DNA from: Chiloscyllium plagiosum | Lineage: Eukaryota | Length of the DNA stretch: 64,000 nucleotides | Assembly: GCF_004010195.1 (NCBI RefSeq) | Contig: NC_057719.1 | Span: forward strand, 40,587,073-40,651,072 | Direction: 5' to 3' | Part shown: one piece after another, positions 39,911 through 52,917 of the stretch | Numbering within the stretch: the stretch's first letter is position 1 | Layout of the letters: every line of letters begins with the position of its first letter | Notes under the pieces: generated by a model | Seen by the model: the letters and a program-made list of their open reading frames with translations, nothing else | What the model was told of the DNA's origin: nothing | Database searches by the model: none | Made by a program: the position numbers and the translations under genes

Positions 39911-42360
39911 TCTTTGTGTGCAGAAATGGAAATGTTATGAAGAATACTGAGACTCATTATTGTATGCAGAATACTGCAGAGCATGGATATCTGACTATGA
40001 TTTCACATATAAAAGCAAGTAGACCAGACCACTTACCCACCCTGTTAGCAGGAAAAAGTTCAGGATAACAGGGCCTGAATGCATAGAAATGTGAAATGGA
40101 GGGTAAAAGAGAAGGGAATATTGTGAGGTAAAATGTTAAGTGTTTTTAAAAGTAGGCAAAATCCATTCTCTTTTTAAACAATAAGTTAATAACTATAAAT
40201 GATTTTGCAAATCAGATCAGCCTTTTGTCCACCCAGTTGTTGTATTAATTTTTAAATTTGGATCACTGCTGTAAAGCTGAATAGGTTACGAGTTGACTGT
40301 TAACACTGATAGTTTTACAAAATATTTGCCTTTAAAGCAAAATGATTCCAAACATCTTTCTATGTCTGCTATTTTAGCCATATAATCTGTGTGAGAGTTG
40401 TTGTTGTACACATCCTGGCTACAGGTGGTAGTGTGGAAGAACTGAAGGCTTGGCTTCTTGCAGGAAGAAAGTTGGACCAATGCAGCTAAACCAGATAAAA
40501 TCTCTGGAAGTTGTAAGCAAATATTTTGAGTTATATTTGACAGAATCTCAGGAAAGTTTAGAAAAATCCTAAAGTGACATACCTCCCAGTGATCCACAAA
40601 TGATCCTTTGACATTCTTTGCAGAATTGTTAATTAACTGGTGTTTAAAAATAGCTTTTGGCATTTTCTTGATATGAATCACATTTTTCAGTTGGGTGAAG
40701 CTAAGTTGTATAAATGCTTCTGCCTTTGCCTCTAGGCTTTGGATGCTGGGAATGAAGAGGTGGTTGCATTCCTTAAGAGAACACTCAGGCAAAACAGGCT
40801 TACAAGAGTTGCATCAGTTCAGTGGTTGTTAACTAACGACAACAATCGTATGTTGAAATGAAATTCTGAATCATTCATTTCGGTGATTTCCTTTTCTGTG
40901 CATATTTTATTCCAATAAACATATTGTTTCACACTTCACATTGTAGGGTGTAGGAATCTGTAACTGATCCAGAGGGGCAAAAGGTTACACCAATGCATCA
41001 CGCAATTGATATTTGCAAGTTACGGGTGCATATATATTTATTCCAAGACAAGAACACAATAAATAGGAGCAAATGCAAACTCTGTGACCACTGAAGCCAG
41101 GTCCACGTTTTGGTCATGCAATGGCTGATCATAGGCGTAAAACTCCACTTTCCCTCCCATTCTCCAAATCCTTTGATTTCCTTTGAGACCAAGAGTTTGA
41201 TTTTCCATTTTTCACAGTGGTATGTGGGGTGACTATGTTAGCTGATGATTAACCCATTGAGAGGTGACAACTGATTTTCTTGGCCTGTCACAGGCCTCAG
41301 CAATAGTGACTCAATTCACCAGAAACTGCTGGTCAATTAGGGGCTGCCAACCCCTGGGTCTAATGTCCAACTGGTTGAGGCTTATTTCTCAGGGGATGCA
41401 GGGATGAGAATGGTCACTGACTTCTTATCTATTTGTTGTGGGGTAGGGTGCAATGAAATGTCAGGGGGAACTGAAGAAAAGAGAAGGAAGGTGGCTTTCA
41501 GAGGACATCACCCTATTTACCCATCACATTGCTGCCAGATTGGGCCAGTAGGAGGACCTTGCCTAACCCAGTAGGTGGATTACTCTGATTTCTGAGGAAA
41601 TGAACCATCTTTCCCATCTGCCCAAGAAGGCACATAATTGTAGAGTTGGTGAGTTGAGGCCTAACACCATTAATTTACCACTTAAAGGTCTTAATTGGTG
41701 ATAGGCCAAGAAATTCCCCAATGAACCTTATCACCAAGAATTTAATTGGTGAAATGACAAGAATTGGCAAGTATCTCACCAAGGACAACCTCCCTGAACT
41801 CCCATCTCCACCATTCTACACCCCACCAATTATTTCCCCTGATCATTACATCTCTCACCACCTTTAGGGTGGAGAACATTCCACCCTAACAATCTGGCTA
41901 TGACAGAATGAGGTTCTAAATCATGGCCACACCTTTGGGAGGATCAGTGATGAGTTACAATAAGTTGTCTGTTATTGACGTTTGTTACTGAGTGGCATTT
42001 GAACACGTCATAAAGTGGAGAAAAATAACATTGAAAGGAAAACTAATCAGAGTATTGTGAAAGTTATAAGAAACTAGGTCAGTGCTTTAAAATAAAAACT
42101 AAGGTCTAAATAATGTATATTTATTATTGCCTTTTACTTTCTGTTTTTGTTCATTGGTTTGCTCACTCCTATTGAAGGCTTAGTTTTATTCACCATTGTC
42201 CCTCAGTATTTTTCCAAACATTCCTTTTTAGTGTGATCTGAAAGATATCTTTACTAAATTGCTTCTCTGTATCTTCTTTCTTTACTGTTTATAATTCAGT
42301 CCAGTGATGTGAATATTAATTTGATATATAAAATTCACTCTTGACAAGGTCTGCAAATTT

Positions 42361-42530
42361 GGAGCAAGTGAGGACTGTAGATGCTGGAGATCAGAGGTGA
42401 GAGTGTGGTAGTGGAAAAGCACAGCAGTTCAGGCAGCATCTGAGGAATGGGAGAATTGATATTTTGGGCAAGAGTCCTTCATCAGGAGCTCCGATGAAGG
42501 GCTCTTGCCCGAAATGGCGATTCACCCGCT
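42361..42530 (-). mobile_element. PLE fold-back element, family A, right arm cut by a LINE
   Basis: cttcatcaggagctccgatgaagggctcttgcccgaaa centre. Confidence 0.8.
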
Positions 42531-42900
42531 ATCAAGGAAAGGCTGCCAGCATTCTCAAAGATCCATCCCACCTTCGCAATGCTTTTCTACAACCTCTACC
42601 ATAAGGGAGAAGGTACAGAAGCTTGAACACGTGCATCAGCCGGTTTTGCAACAGTTTCTATCCTACTGTGGTTAGAATACTGAATGGACTCACAAACTCT
42701 TAATATTCACCTGTACCTGTGTTTTTGTTTTTGCCGCTGTTTACCTATTATTTGCTTATCTATGTTATTTAACTATGTGATCTGCCTGTATTGCTCGCAA
42801 GACAAAGCTTTTCACTATGCCTTGGTACACATGACAATAAATTAAATTCAAATTCAAATTCAAATTAAGTTCAAATTCAAATTCAAATTAAGTTCAAATT
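42531..42900 (+). mobile_element. Rex/Babar-like LINE 3' end with (caaatt)n tail
   Basis: Close reverse-complement match to 17736-18070. Confidence 0.88.
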
Positions 42901-42939
42901 CTAGTTAGGTGTGAGTGAACTTTCCCCGATATCTGCAGA

Positions 42940-43440
42940 CTACTTAAGGAGGTATATACTTGCATTGGAATCAATTCACAGAATATATTGATTGCTGGAC
43001 TGAAGGGTTTGTCTTATGAAGAAAGGTTGAGCAGATTTGGCCCGTCCTCATTGTGGTTTAGAAGAATTAGAGTTGACCTTGTTGAAACATGTAACATTCT
43101 GTGGAAGCTTAATAGGTTAAATGCCAAACACATTCCCTCATTTGTGAACCTCAAATCGAGGACAGACAGTTTCAGAATAAGAGGTCTCTGATTTAAGATG
43201 GAGGAGAGGAGGGTTTCTTTCTCTCAAAGGGTTGTTAATCTTTGGAATTCTATATCCCATAGGCCAATGGAGACTGGATTATTGAATATGCTCAAGGCTG
43301 AGTTAATTACATTTTTGATTTACAAGAATCTCGAGATATCAGTGGCAGGCAATTGGAGTCATAGTTAGACCAATCACGATTTGATAGATTGATGCTGTAG
43401 GCCTGATGGATCAAATGGTTTACTGCTGCCAGTATTTCTT
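42940..43440 (+). mobile_element. Old CR1 3' part
   Basis: GLKGLSYEERLSR ORF. Confidence 0.75.
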
Positions 43441-43637
43441 GCGTGTGTAGGGATGGGTAATAAATGCTAGCCGAGCCAGTGATGCCCACAAACCATGAAG
43501 GAGTATCAAAAAAAAATTGTGGTTACAGAAGCAATGTATACTGGCTGCTGGTATGCTAATAGAAACAGATGATTAATCTCAGTTTTAGTTTAACACATAC
43601 AATATTAATCTCAGCATTAATTTCAGAACAGACTGTG

Positions 43638-43774
43638 AACTAATTTGTCTCTAAGTGGTTCTACTCAAAATAGGTCCTAACTGTGTAAGTCAAAATTGCA
43701 AAAGATCAAATCAGTGTTGGGATGCAATTTATATTAATTTATCCAGGCCAAGAAAGGGTTTTTGTTTGATGGTT
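43638..43774 (+). repeat. Left arm of a diverged ~137-bp inverted repeat
   Basis: Reverse complement aligns with 45327-45464. Confidence 0.9.
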
Positions 43775-44394
43775 TTAAAATGAAAACATTAATTTACTAC
43801 ATGTCTGTAATTTGATACATCAGTTTTGAATGCTGCCTGGTTAGCATTATCTAGTTTCTAGTCAGGAGCTGCCATTTCAAATAGAGGAGGAGCACGCTTT
43901 ATATTGTCAGTATAGCTTATTGCATTTGTGAAATGAGTTGCTGATCAGGAGAAACTTGATGTACATGATGCTTTCTGAACCAAAATATGGCCCAACCCTG
44001 CTGAACAGCAGCTGCCATTACATTCTTTCTGGATTTTGGGGGTGGGGTGGAGGGTGAGAAGTCAGTCAGTGTTGAACAAACAAGTCCATCAGCTACCCTG
44101 CATACTGAAACCTTGTTCCCCCTTATAACTTTGTGTGCTTTTGGGGGGAGTATTTGCATTTAAATTAATTTACAAAACCATGATAAAATTGATATGCTCA
44201 AAATTTAAAGAGTTGACGGTATATGATGAAAATGCTTTGACTTGAAATGAATAACTTGAACGTTCTCACCTGTAATTATCTTGTGACATAATCTGTACCA
44301 AGAAGTATAGGAGAGACTATTTCTCCTCGCAGGTGGAAATCCTATGGATCACGTGAAATTACCTGAGCTGGCAGTTTTACATATTAGTGGAATA

Positions 44395-46010
44395 AACGAG
44401 TAAGGAACAAATGTAGACCACTCACCTCTTGAGCCTACCACCCCCCACCAATTCAATAAGATCATGGTTGATCTCGTTTTGACCTCAACTCTATTTACCT
44501 CTGCTTTTAAAAATTTTAAGATTCTGCATTCATTGCCTTTTGAGGAAGTGAACTCTGAAGGCTTATCATCATTGGAGAGAATTTTTTTCCACATATCTGT
44601 ATTAAATGGGTAACCCCCTATTTTTAAATTGTGACCCCGAGTTCTCGATTCATCCACAACAGGAAACATCCTTTCCACACTTTTCTTGTCAGGTTCCTTC
44701 AGGTTCTTATTTGTTTCAATTAAATCACCTCTGACTCTTCTAACCTCCAGAGTATACAGGCCTAGCCTCTCTAGCCTTTCCACATAAGCAATCCTCTCAT
44801 CCCAATCTAGTAAGCCTTCTCTGAACTGCTCCCAATACATAGTTATCCTTCTCTTCCTACTTTGTACACAATACTCGAGATATAGTTTCACCATTGCCCT
44901 CTATAACTGAAGCACAACCTTCTTATTCTTGCATTTGATTTCCCCTTGCAATAAAACATAATTTTCTAGCTTTCCTGATGAGTTGCTGTATCCTTCTATA
45001 CTTTTGTGATTTATGGACTTGGAATACCCAGCCCACTCGACACCTCGGAGCTCTGCAACCTCTCACTATTTATATAACATGTTTTTGTATTCTTTCTGCC
45101 AAAATGGATAGTTTCACACTTTCCCCCATTATACTGATTTTGTCAGATCTTTGCCCATCCACATAACACATCGATATCCCTTTGTAGACTCCTTATGTCT
45201 TTGTTATAGCCCACTTTCTTACATATCTTTGTGAAGAATTGAGGGCCCATCACTGATCCCTATAGCACACTGTGCATGACATCTTGCCTGCCCGAGAAAC
45301 ACCCATTTATTCCTACTCTTTGCTTCAACCATCAAAAAAAATCCCTTTCTTGGCCGAGATAAATTAATATAACTTGCATGCGAACACTGATTTTGATCTT
45401 TTGCAAAATTGCCTTACAATGTTTGGATCCGTTTTCAATAGAACTACTTCGAATCAAAACAGTTAGCCGAACAATCCTCTATCCATGCCAATATATTACT
45501 CCCAATGCTGTGAGTATTTATTTTCTGTGATAACCTTTGATGTGGCACCTTCTCAAATGCCTTCTGCAAATCTTAGTGTAATACATCCACTAGTTCCTCT
45601 TTATCCAAAGAACTCCAATAAATTAGTTGAACATGCTTTCCCTTGGTCAAAATGATGCTGGCTCTACCTGATTACATTGAACTACTTCAAGTGTAAGATC
45701 TTTAATAACAGCTTCCAACATTTTCCCTCTGACAGATGTTAAGCTAAATGACTTGTGATTTCTTGCTATCTGCCTCCCTCCCTTTTTAAAGGAGTCACTG
45801 TGGCTATTTTACAATCCGAAGGAACCTTCTCCAAATCTAATGTGTTTTGGAAATTTAAAATCAACACATTAACTATCTTACTAGCTATTTATTTCAAGAC
45901 CCAGGGATGAAATCTATCAGGATGTAGTACTTGTGAACTTGCAGTTCCATCAATTCATTCAGTATTACTTCCCTGGTAATTGTAACTTTCTTGAGTTTCT
46001 CCTTCCTTTT
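44395..46010 (-). mobile_element. Old CR1 RT and 3' end
   Basis: LEYCVQ..RGDLIET..RTRGHNLKI ORF. Confidence 0.85.
45327..45464 (-). repeat. Right arm of the inverted repeat, inserted into the CR1 fossil
   Basis: CR1-like sequence stops at ttgcttc (45326) and resumes at agcc (45465). Confidence 0.9.
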
Positions 46011-47679
46011 CTGATTGAAAACCTGTTTTTGGTCCCACTTTAGTTTATCTCACTGTGAAACCTTTGTAAAAATTATGCATTGAATGAAGTGTGGCCAAGT
46101 TTATTTTCAATGTACAAGTTCAGAACTACTGTTCAACAACTTCTTCAATCCCTGAAAACCTAATTTTATATTTATGAGACGTCATTTTCTTTTCAAATAT
46201 GTATTCTAAAAATTACACAATTTAAATGCTTTTTTAAAAAACTTGATTTTCTTTGGTTTCTACATTAATCCCATTGATACGTCCCCATCTTTATTTTACT
46301 CTGTAATTTGATTAAAATATGAAGATAATCAATGCATTCCTTTTACAGGTAAATTGTTGGTGAGAATTATTTAATGTGATTGGCTGCTTGGCCCGCTTGA
46401 TGACATCACCTTAGTTGTTAACCAGATCCTCCAGAGCTGGCACAAAAATTATGTTAATGTTGGCACATGTAAAATCCGTGCCACAGCAATTGTTGGATAT
46501 TTGTTGTTGTTTTTCCTTGAGGTGAGTAGTGAGTGCTGTTTGTATGCTGCTCACCAAACGATCTCGGTCTATGATTTTACCTGGTTTACAAACATGTGGA
46601 AATACATCGCAGTACGTTTTCAATTTACATTGAATTACATTAACAAGTTATAATCTGTTCCATCTATTCTTATAACTGCTATGCTTTTCATAAGCTTCTT
46701 TATGTCCTGGCGATCAATAGACTAAGATCATTTTAATTACATTAGGATCATAAAATCGAGTGTTAACATTTTGCAGGGTTTGCAGAGCTCACAGAATGGA
46801 ACATCATTTGCATGAAGTCGGCTGATACTTCTATGGGTGTACCTCAACCACTCGGTCCATCAGGAAGCAAATATCTTTAACCAGCCAGTTTGCAAATTGC
46901 TGCAGTCAGTCTTGTATGTGACAAGCCAAAAGCAACTCATTTTATTAAACTTTTAACCTCTCCTTCAATTCTATATTGCTGCCTTCAGCTAAACACCCTT
47001 GGAGTTCAGTGCACCTCCCTTTTTATTCTTTAGAGATGAGAGGAAGGAATCTTTTGAGTAAGTTCCAATTCCTTGTTTTACCCACGTTGGCATCATTGGT
47101 TTTACAAAAGTCTCCCAAAGCTGATCAGAAATTGCTGGATTAGTGGGAACATGGGGTAACAGAGTTCCTGACTATACCTGGTGGGTTGTAATGATTTTCC
47201 AATGGAGTTTGGTAGAATGCTTAGTTGACTCAAAATAATTTAATTTTAATCTAAGACCAAGTTTAAACTTGCCATAGGATCATACCTGCCTGTGCTAACT
47301 TTCTGCAGGAGAACCTTACCTAGTCTTTTTTCCCAGACCGGCAATTTCTTTCCTCTTCAGATAATTTTTCAAATCTGTTTTGAAGGCCTTGGTTGAATCT
47401 GCTACACTACACTCTTAGACAGAGTATTCCAGATTCTAACCACTCACTTTGTAAGTTAAAGGTGGAATTTTCCCAAGTCTTGAGTGGCATGGTCAAATGT
47501 GGGAAAATACAGCAAGAATGAAAAAATCTGACTCCTGATATCAGGAAAAATTCTCCAAATTTCTCCTTAAGGTTTAAGCATGAGCTCCGAACCTCACTAA
47601 TGAGTTGGGACTACTTTATTTCATTATTATCTCTTTTGCGCAGACCGCAAGAAATTATAGAAAGTCGAAAATGCAGCCC

Positions 47680-48072
47680 AATCCATTACAATAACTAGCC
47701 TTCCTTCTATTGACTCCGTCTACACTCCCTGTTGCCTCAAGGAAGCAGCCAACATAATCAAAGACCCCTCCCACCTGGTTATACTCTCTTCCACCCTCTT
47801 CCATTGGGCAGAAAACAGAAAAGTTTGAAAACAAGTACCAACAGATTCAAGAACAGCTTCTTCCCTGCTGTTATCAGCCTTATGAACATACCTCTCATAT
47901 ATTAGAATTGATCTTTCTCAGCATTTTCTTTGTAGTTGTAATACTATATTTTGCATTCTGTTCTCTTACCCTGATGTACTTTATAATGTCTGATTTGTCT
48001 GGTCAGCACATAATACAATACTTTTCACTGTATCTCAGTACATGTGGCAATAATAAATCAAATCAAAATCAA
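47680..48072 (+). mobile_element. Rex/Babar-like LINE 3' end
   Basis: KAANIIKDPSH..LPLGR coding; cttttcactgtatctcagtacatgtggcaataataaatc tail. Confidence 0.82.
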
Positions 48073-48655
48073 GAAATTGGATAGTGCCAATTCTCGACAT
48101 GAAAATCCAAGCGGTTTCCGGGGGACGCTGTTCACCATTTGTTACCCGAGGCCTTCATCCAGCTCTGACCATCCCCATCATTTCCCTTCGTGCTCCACGC
48201 ACACCATTCTTTTCCACCCTCTATCCATGCAACTGGACAGCAGCAAACCACCAGCCTCCCCACCTCATTGTGGCTGCTTTTAATACAATGTACACACCAC
48301 CTCAGCCCTTTAGGTCTTAATTTTGGGGGCTCATGCCCACTTATGCCTTCTGTATCCATATGGGGTGCATCTTCTACCTTTTTGTGTGTTTTCTTAGTTC
48401 TCACTCACTCACTTCCAAGATGGCAGCATCAGGGTGGGCTGTGTTTGCCTCCTGAGTGCAGATCTTGGCCACTCATGGCTCATGTGGCAGGTTCTTCTGC
48501 TGCATCCACACAACTTCAGCATCGTCTTTCCAGTTTGATCATGCATTTTTTTTTGTTTTGGTTGCCCTGGCATCTCCTCCTGATGTCATCCTGTGGGAAG
48601 CCGAGGCCCTGTGTAATTCCACCTTGCTCCATCTCGGGTGGCGGTATTGGAAGAT

Positions 48656-48728
48656 GAACCAGGACCCTGTTGGTCAACTCAGAACCAGGACCTTGTTGGT
48701 CAACTCAGAGCCAGGACCTGTCAGTCGA
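48656..48728 (+). repeat. 26-bp tandem repeat, ~2.7 copies
   Basis: gaaccaggaccYtgttggtcaactca. Confidence 0.9.
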
Positions 48729-48739
48729 TGTCTAGTGTT

Positions 48740-49073
48740 GGAGGAGGTGTGGGATCCGCGCAGCGTGACTGTCTCCAGCTGGGAGGAGGTGTGGGATCCG
48801 CGCAGCGTGACCGTCTCCAGCTCGGAGGAGATGTGGGATCCGCGCAGCGTGACCGTCTCCAGCTCGGAGGAGGTGTGGGACCCGTGCAGTGCGACCGTCT
48901 TGAGTTTGGAGGAGGTGTGGGACCCGTGCAGTGCGACCGTCTTCAGTTTGGAGGAGGTGTAGGACTGCGCAGCGTGACCGTCTTCAGTTTGGAGGAGGTG
49001 TAGGACTGCGCAGCGTGACTGTCTTCAGTTTGGAGGAGGTGTGGGACCCGTGTAGCACGACCATCTCGAGTTC
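48740..49073 (+). repeat. GC-rich 41/42-bp minisatellite, 8 copies
   Basis: Units start at 48740, 48782, 48824, 48866, 48908, 48950, 48991 and 49032. Confidence 0.97.
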
Positions 49074-49857
49074 GAAGGTGGCGATGCCAGTGGCAGGAAA
49101 GGAGCACATTGCCAGGACCCTAGGGATGGTGTCGGATGGTGGCAACTAGACGAGCAGAGTGGGTGAAGGACAGCGAGGGAAAGATTAACATTTGAAGCTG
49201 TTTCAGTTTTAGTAATATCAATTAAATATTAATGTATTCAGTATTTTATCATTTATACAATTCAGTCATTTGTTCTGTAGTCCAAGGTAGTGCCAGAATG
49301 TGACAACATTACACGCTTTTCACTGTACCTCGGTAAAGGACCAAATAAATAAATAAATCTTTCTACTTATTTTGAGACTCTGAGCATCTCTGCTTTATTT
49401 TAGCACAGGTAGAGAGGTAGGCAGCTTGCCATATTTAACAGAATTGAACAATAAAGGGGATGGACATGTTGCTATATGGTATTATGCTTTGATACTTCCA
49501 CATCCATAGTATGTGTCAGCATCTCATACTGCAAACACAATGCATTTGCTTTAACCCAATGGCCATGCTTGAACGTTGAAGGGGGCCAGGCTTTAAAAGA
49601 GTCAAGGGGGATTACAGTCAGTCAAGGGGTACCGGTGCAATCAACAATGGGTGTGTCCGATTCCTACTCAGGAGACTTTATCAGGGCCTGTCTGCTGCTT
49701 GTCCCACCACTATTTGTGGATCATTGTCTTTCCTATCTAGAGATTTGGTTACCCTCAGACCCTCAGGTCATGTCTGACAAGTTGAGGGATTGTAGAACTT
49801 TGATCTGGGGTTGTAAATCATGCTCAGTAAAGGCTGTCCACATAAGTCCAGTCTGGA

Positions 49858-50505
49858 CCAAGATGGCAGCAGAATCAGCCTTCTGTGTCAGAACTCATCT
49901 GCTCCAACAGCTTTTTTTCACTTTTCCTTCCCCCCCCCGCTTCTTTTTTCCATCTCTCTTTTTTGTTTACTGACTTATCCTGTCCCAAGCTTGGAGGGCC
50001 TTGGAGATGGCGAGAGACCAGCATTCAGGCAGTGAGCGGGCTAATTGTGGGGGTGAGTGAGCCCTTGTTTACTTTTCCAGAGTAAGCACAGGATCTGGAA
50101 TCAGCAGAGATGATATCAGTGAGGCAAAAGATGGTGCCCAAAGTCCGGCGACTTTGTTGTTGGTTGGGCACCATCTTTGGCTGGCAGTGGTGAAGCAGTG
50201 ATGGAAGGATATTACCACAATGTTGATGAGGTGAGCCCAAAGGCGAGGGATGGGACTTTGATGTTGGTTGGGTCCAGTGTAAACAGCGGTGAAGTGGTGG
50301 CAGAGGGATGGCAGTGCAGGCATCGTTAATGGTGAGGAGCTGGCTCCGGTCTGATGGATCCTCTTCAAGTTAAAGTTTTCTTTTTTTCACTTATTCTTAA
50401 ATGATTCAAAGTGGTACTGTTTTGTGGTGACAAATGAAAGCTTTTCACTGTATTTTATTGTATTCTTTCTGTAAAATACACGTTAATAAAAGCAAAATTA
50501 AATCA
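49858..50505 (+). mobile_element. Second non-autonomous retroelement with Rex-like tail
   Basis: Starts ccaagatggcagc; ends aagcttttcactgta..tacacgttaataaa. Confidence 0.55.
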
Positions 50506-52917
50506 AGTAAGTCAACATTTTGGGCAATGTTAGTCCTGGTGGTTTTGGGCAATAATAATCAGGGAATAATGGTTGGACAGGAAAATGGCAAGATGAAGGC
50601 TGATGGGGTTTGATAAGAACAGCAAAACAAAACAGAATATGAAGTGTTCGGTGTAATCCTTACTATCAGCTGAAGCCTGTGACTCACTCAAAGAGCATGC
50701 TTAACGTGCCATCTTCGACCAAACCTCAATTGTGCAATAAGGAAGAAAAATTGCTGCCACCACATTCACAATGGACAGAACAAGTTTCCTTTTGTTTGTT
50801 TGCAGGGGCACAACGCAAATGTTTGTGAAATGAGGCCCTGACAATTCAAATTGCATTATTCAGGTATCCATTGATCCAGGGATACCACACATTCTGCTTT
50901 CAAACTGCACTTCATGAGCAGCCCATGCACTGACTGACAACAAACGTTGCAAACCTCTGTCTCATGCATTAATGACCATTCCTTTGCTTATGATAATTGA
51001 TTCATGTGATCGCTATGGAGCTGAAGTGATCACAGGTGAACTTAGATGTGTCTCCTGTGTTTGTCATTTCACAAACATTTTCCTCAGGTCTCAGTGCTGC
51101 ACTTCACATTAGAGCTCAAACCATGGTCTGTTATCATCAAAGGTGCATTTCCTCTGAATGCTGGGGGTAGAGAGGTCAATGAGGGTATAGTCCTGCCAGA
51201 CCTATAACCACCCAATATTGTTTAACAAAATGGTTTGTGCTACAAACATCTGAGCAAGGTTAAATAGTTGAGTAATCCCAGAGACATCACATTGCCCTTC
51301 TTCTGGGAGGTCTCCATGCCAAAATGAAACCTCATTTGTGTTGGCTAGGACTGCTCAGGAATTTCATCACAGAAAAGTTATCCTGGTTTTGATATTCCCA
51401 AGAAAACCCACCCTGAATAAATATAGCAAGGGCTAATGCTATTGTTATTATTGCAGGTTTACACAAAAGAGGCAGCATGATACTGATAACATTGGTGAAG
51501 CTTGAGGATGTTAACAATGATCCTGATGGTAATGAGTGGGCAGCGCAGAACAACACAATGCAAATTATTGGGTTGCTTCAACATATATCCCAACATCAAT
51601 GATCTTGATCCTTTCTGCCACCTCCAGGGTTCTCTCACAGGGGGTGAGGGGCCAAATGTCTGCTACAATCTTCCACCTGTCTGCTCTCTCAGCATTGGTT
51701 ATGTAACAGTTTCTCCTGCAATGAGACAAAGGGAGAGCTGGCTGAGATGCAAGTAGCTGCCAAATGATAGGAAAATTCAGCCCATAGATTTTCCTCTTGT
51801 TACTGTTGCTTCTTTTGCCAATCACCTTAAATCTGTGTCCATTCGTTCTTGATTCTTTGACTGCCAACACGTTCTCCACATCTACCCATCAAGATCCTTT
51901 ATAATTTTTGAACAACTTTAGTCAATCTTGTTTTAATCATCTCTTGCGAGTCAATTCCATCATCTGGTATCCAGTAATCATCTCATTGGCTCAGAGAATA
52001 ATATCAAGTGATCCTGAATTAACCTGAAGATGCCTTTGGAGTCCTGTCAAACTGCAAACAGAGCTCAATTAAATATGGGCACAAAACAGAAACATGAACA
52101 ATTAATTCAAACCGTGAGCTAATTATTTGGTCTCAGAAGCTATCTTTACTTTGAAAGAACTTAAAAGAAAATTTGGTTTGGGATTTGATTAGTGAATGCA
52201 GTCCCATAATTTCATCCATGATTAATTTTCATTAGTAAAGTTTGCTTGTAAAGTATTTTATGCTATAAGTCATATTGTTAATGCTATATTTGGCAGATTT
52301 GTTAGGCACAATAACATTTGTCTTAACACAAATACTTCACTGTTTTATAAATGATCTTTCCTTGGAACAAATTATCACCTGTTATTTTATTTTGAATGTG
52401 ACTCAAATAAGCTGTAGTTAGAAAATTCAGGTTTTGAAAATTGGAGTCCTATGTGCCAAACACAGTATTTTTTATAACTCAGTTATTTATATTTAGTTTG
52501 AAGTTTGTTTCTCACTCCTGTCTATTCTTTATTAACAAGAGATGGGAGAGATGACTTGCTCTTACATTTCTACCACTAAGATGTGTCCGGCTCTTCGGAA
52601 GGAACTTTTTTGATGAACACGGGCTGGTTGCTGGATTAGTTGCTGTTACAGATTGTGTAAAACACTGGAGTTTTAGAGCTTTATCATCAGCAATCTTTCT
52701 GTTTGCCTATCCCCTTTTCCTCTCTCTCTTTCTGAGCTCCATCTCCGTGTACTCAATTCAATGCCCACCATATCCCCAACTCCATCATCAGCACAAATAC
52801 CATGTTTTCCCAGCTATTGCCAGATCTGACAAAGGACTACTGAGTTGACTCCATTTTTCTCTCAGAAGATTCTACCAGACATGAAGGTTTTCTCCAGCAC
52901 TCTGTTATTTGTGGGAG

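Larger units (their letters stand above)
48415..49358 (+). mobile_element. Non-autonomous retroelement with Rex-like tail
   Basis: Starts ccaagatggcagc; ends cttttcactgtacctcggta..(aaat)n. Confidence 0.55.
47461..51783. mobile_element. Possible old TIR (PIF/Harbinger-like) DNA element with nested retro-inserts
   Basis: ggtggaattttcc (47461) versus ggaaaattcagccc (51770-51783); no convincing transposase seen. Confidence 0.3.

Noticed and set aside
43638..45464. Inverted pair as a DGR template/variable repeat or as transposon TIRs
   Set aside because: Mismatches are not adenine-restricted (G/C changes present). The right arm sits inside a CR1 that continues on both sides, and there is no TSD.
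48740..49073. CRISPR-like array or repeat-protein gene
   Set aside because: No unique spacers, eukaryotic context, and the ORFs are explained by the 42-bp period.
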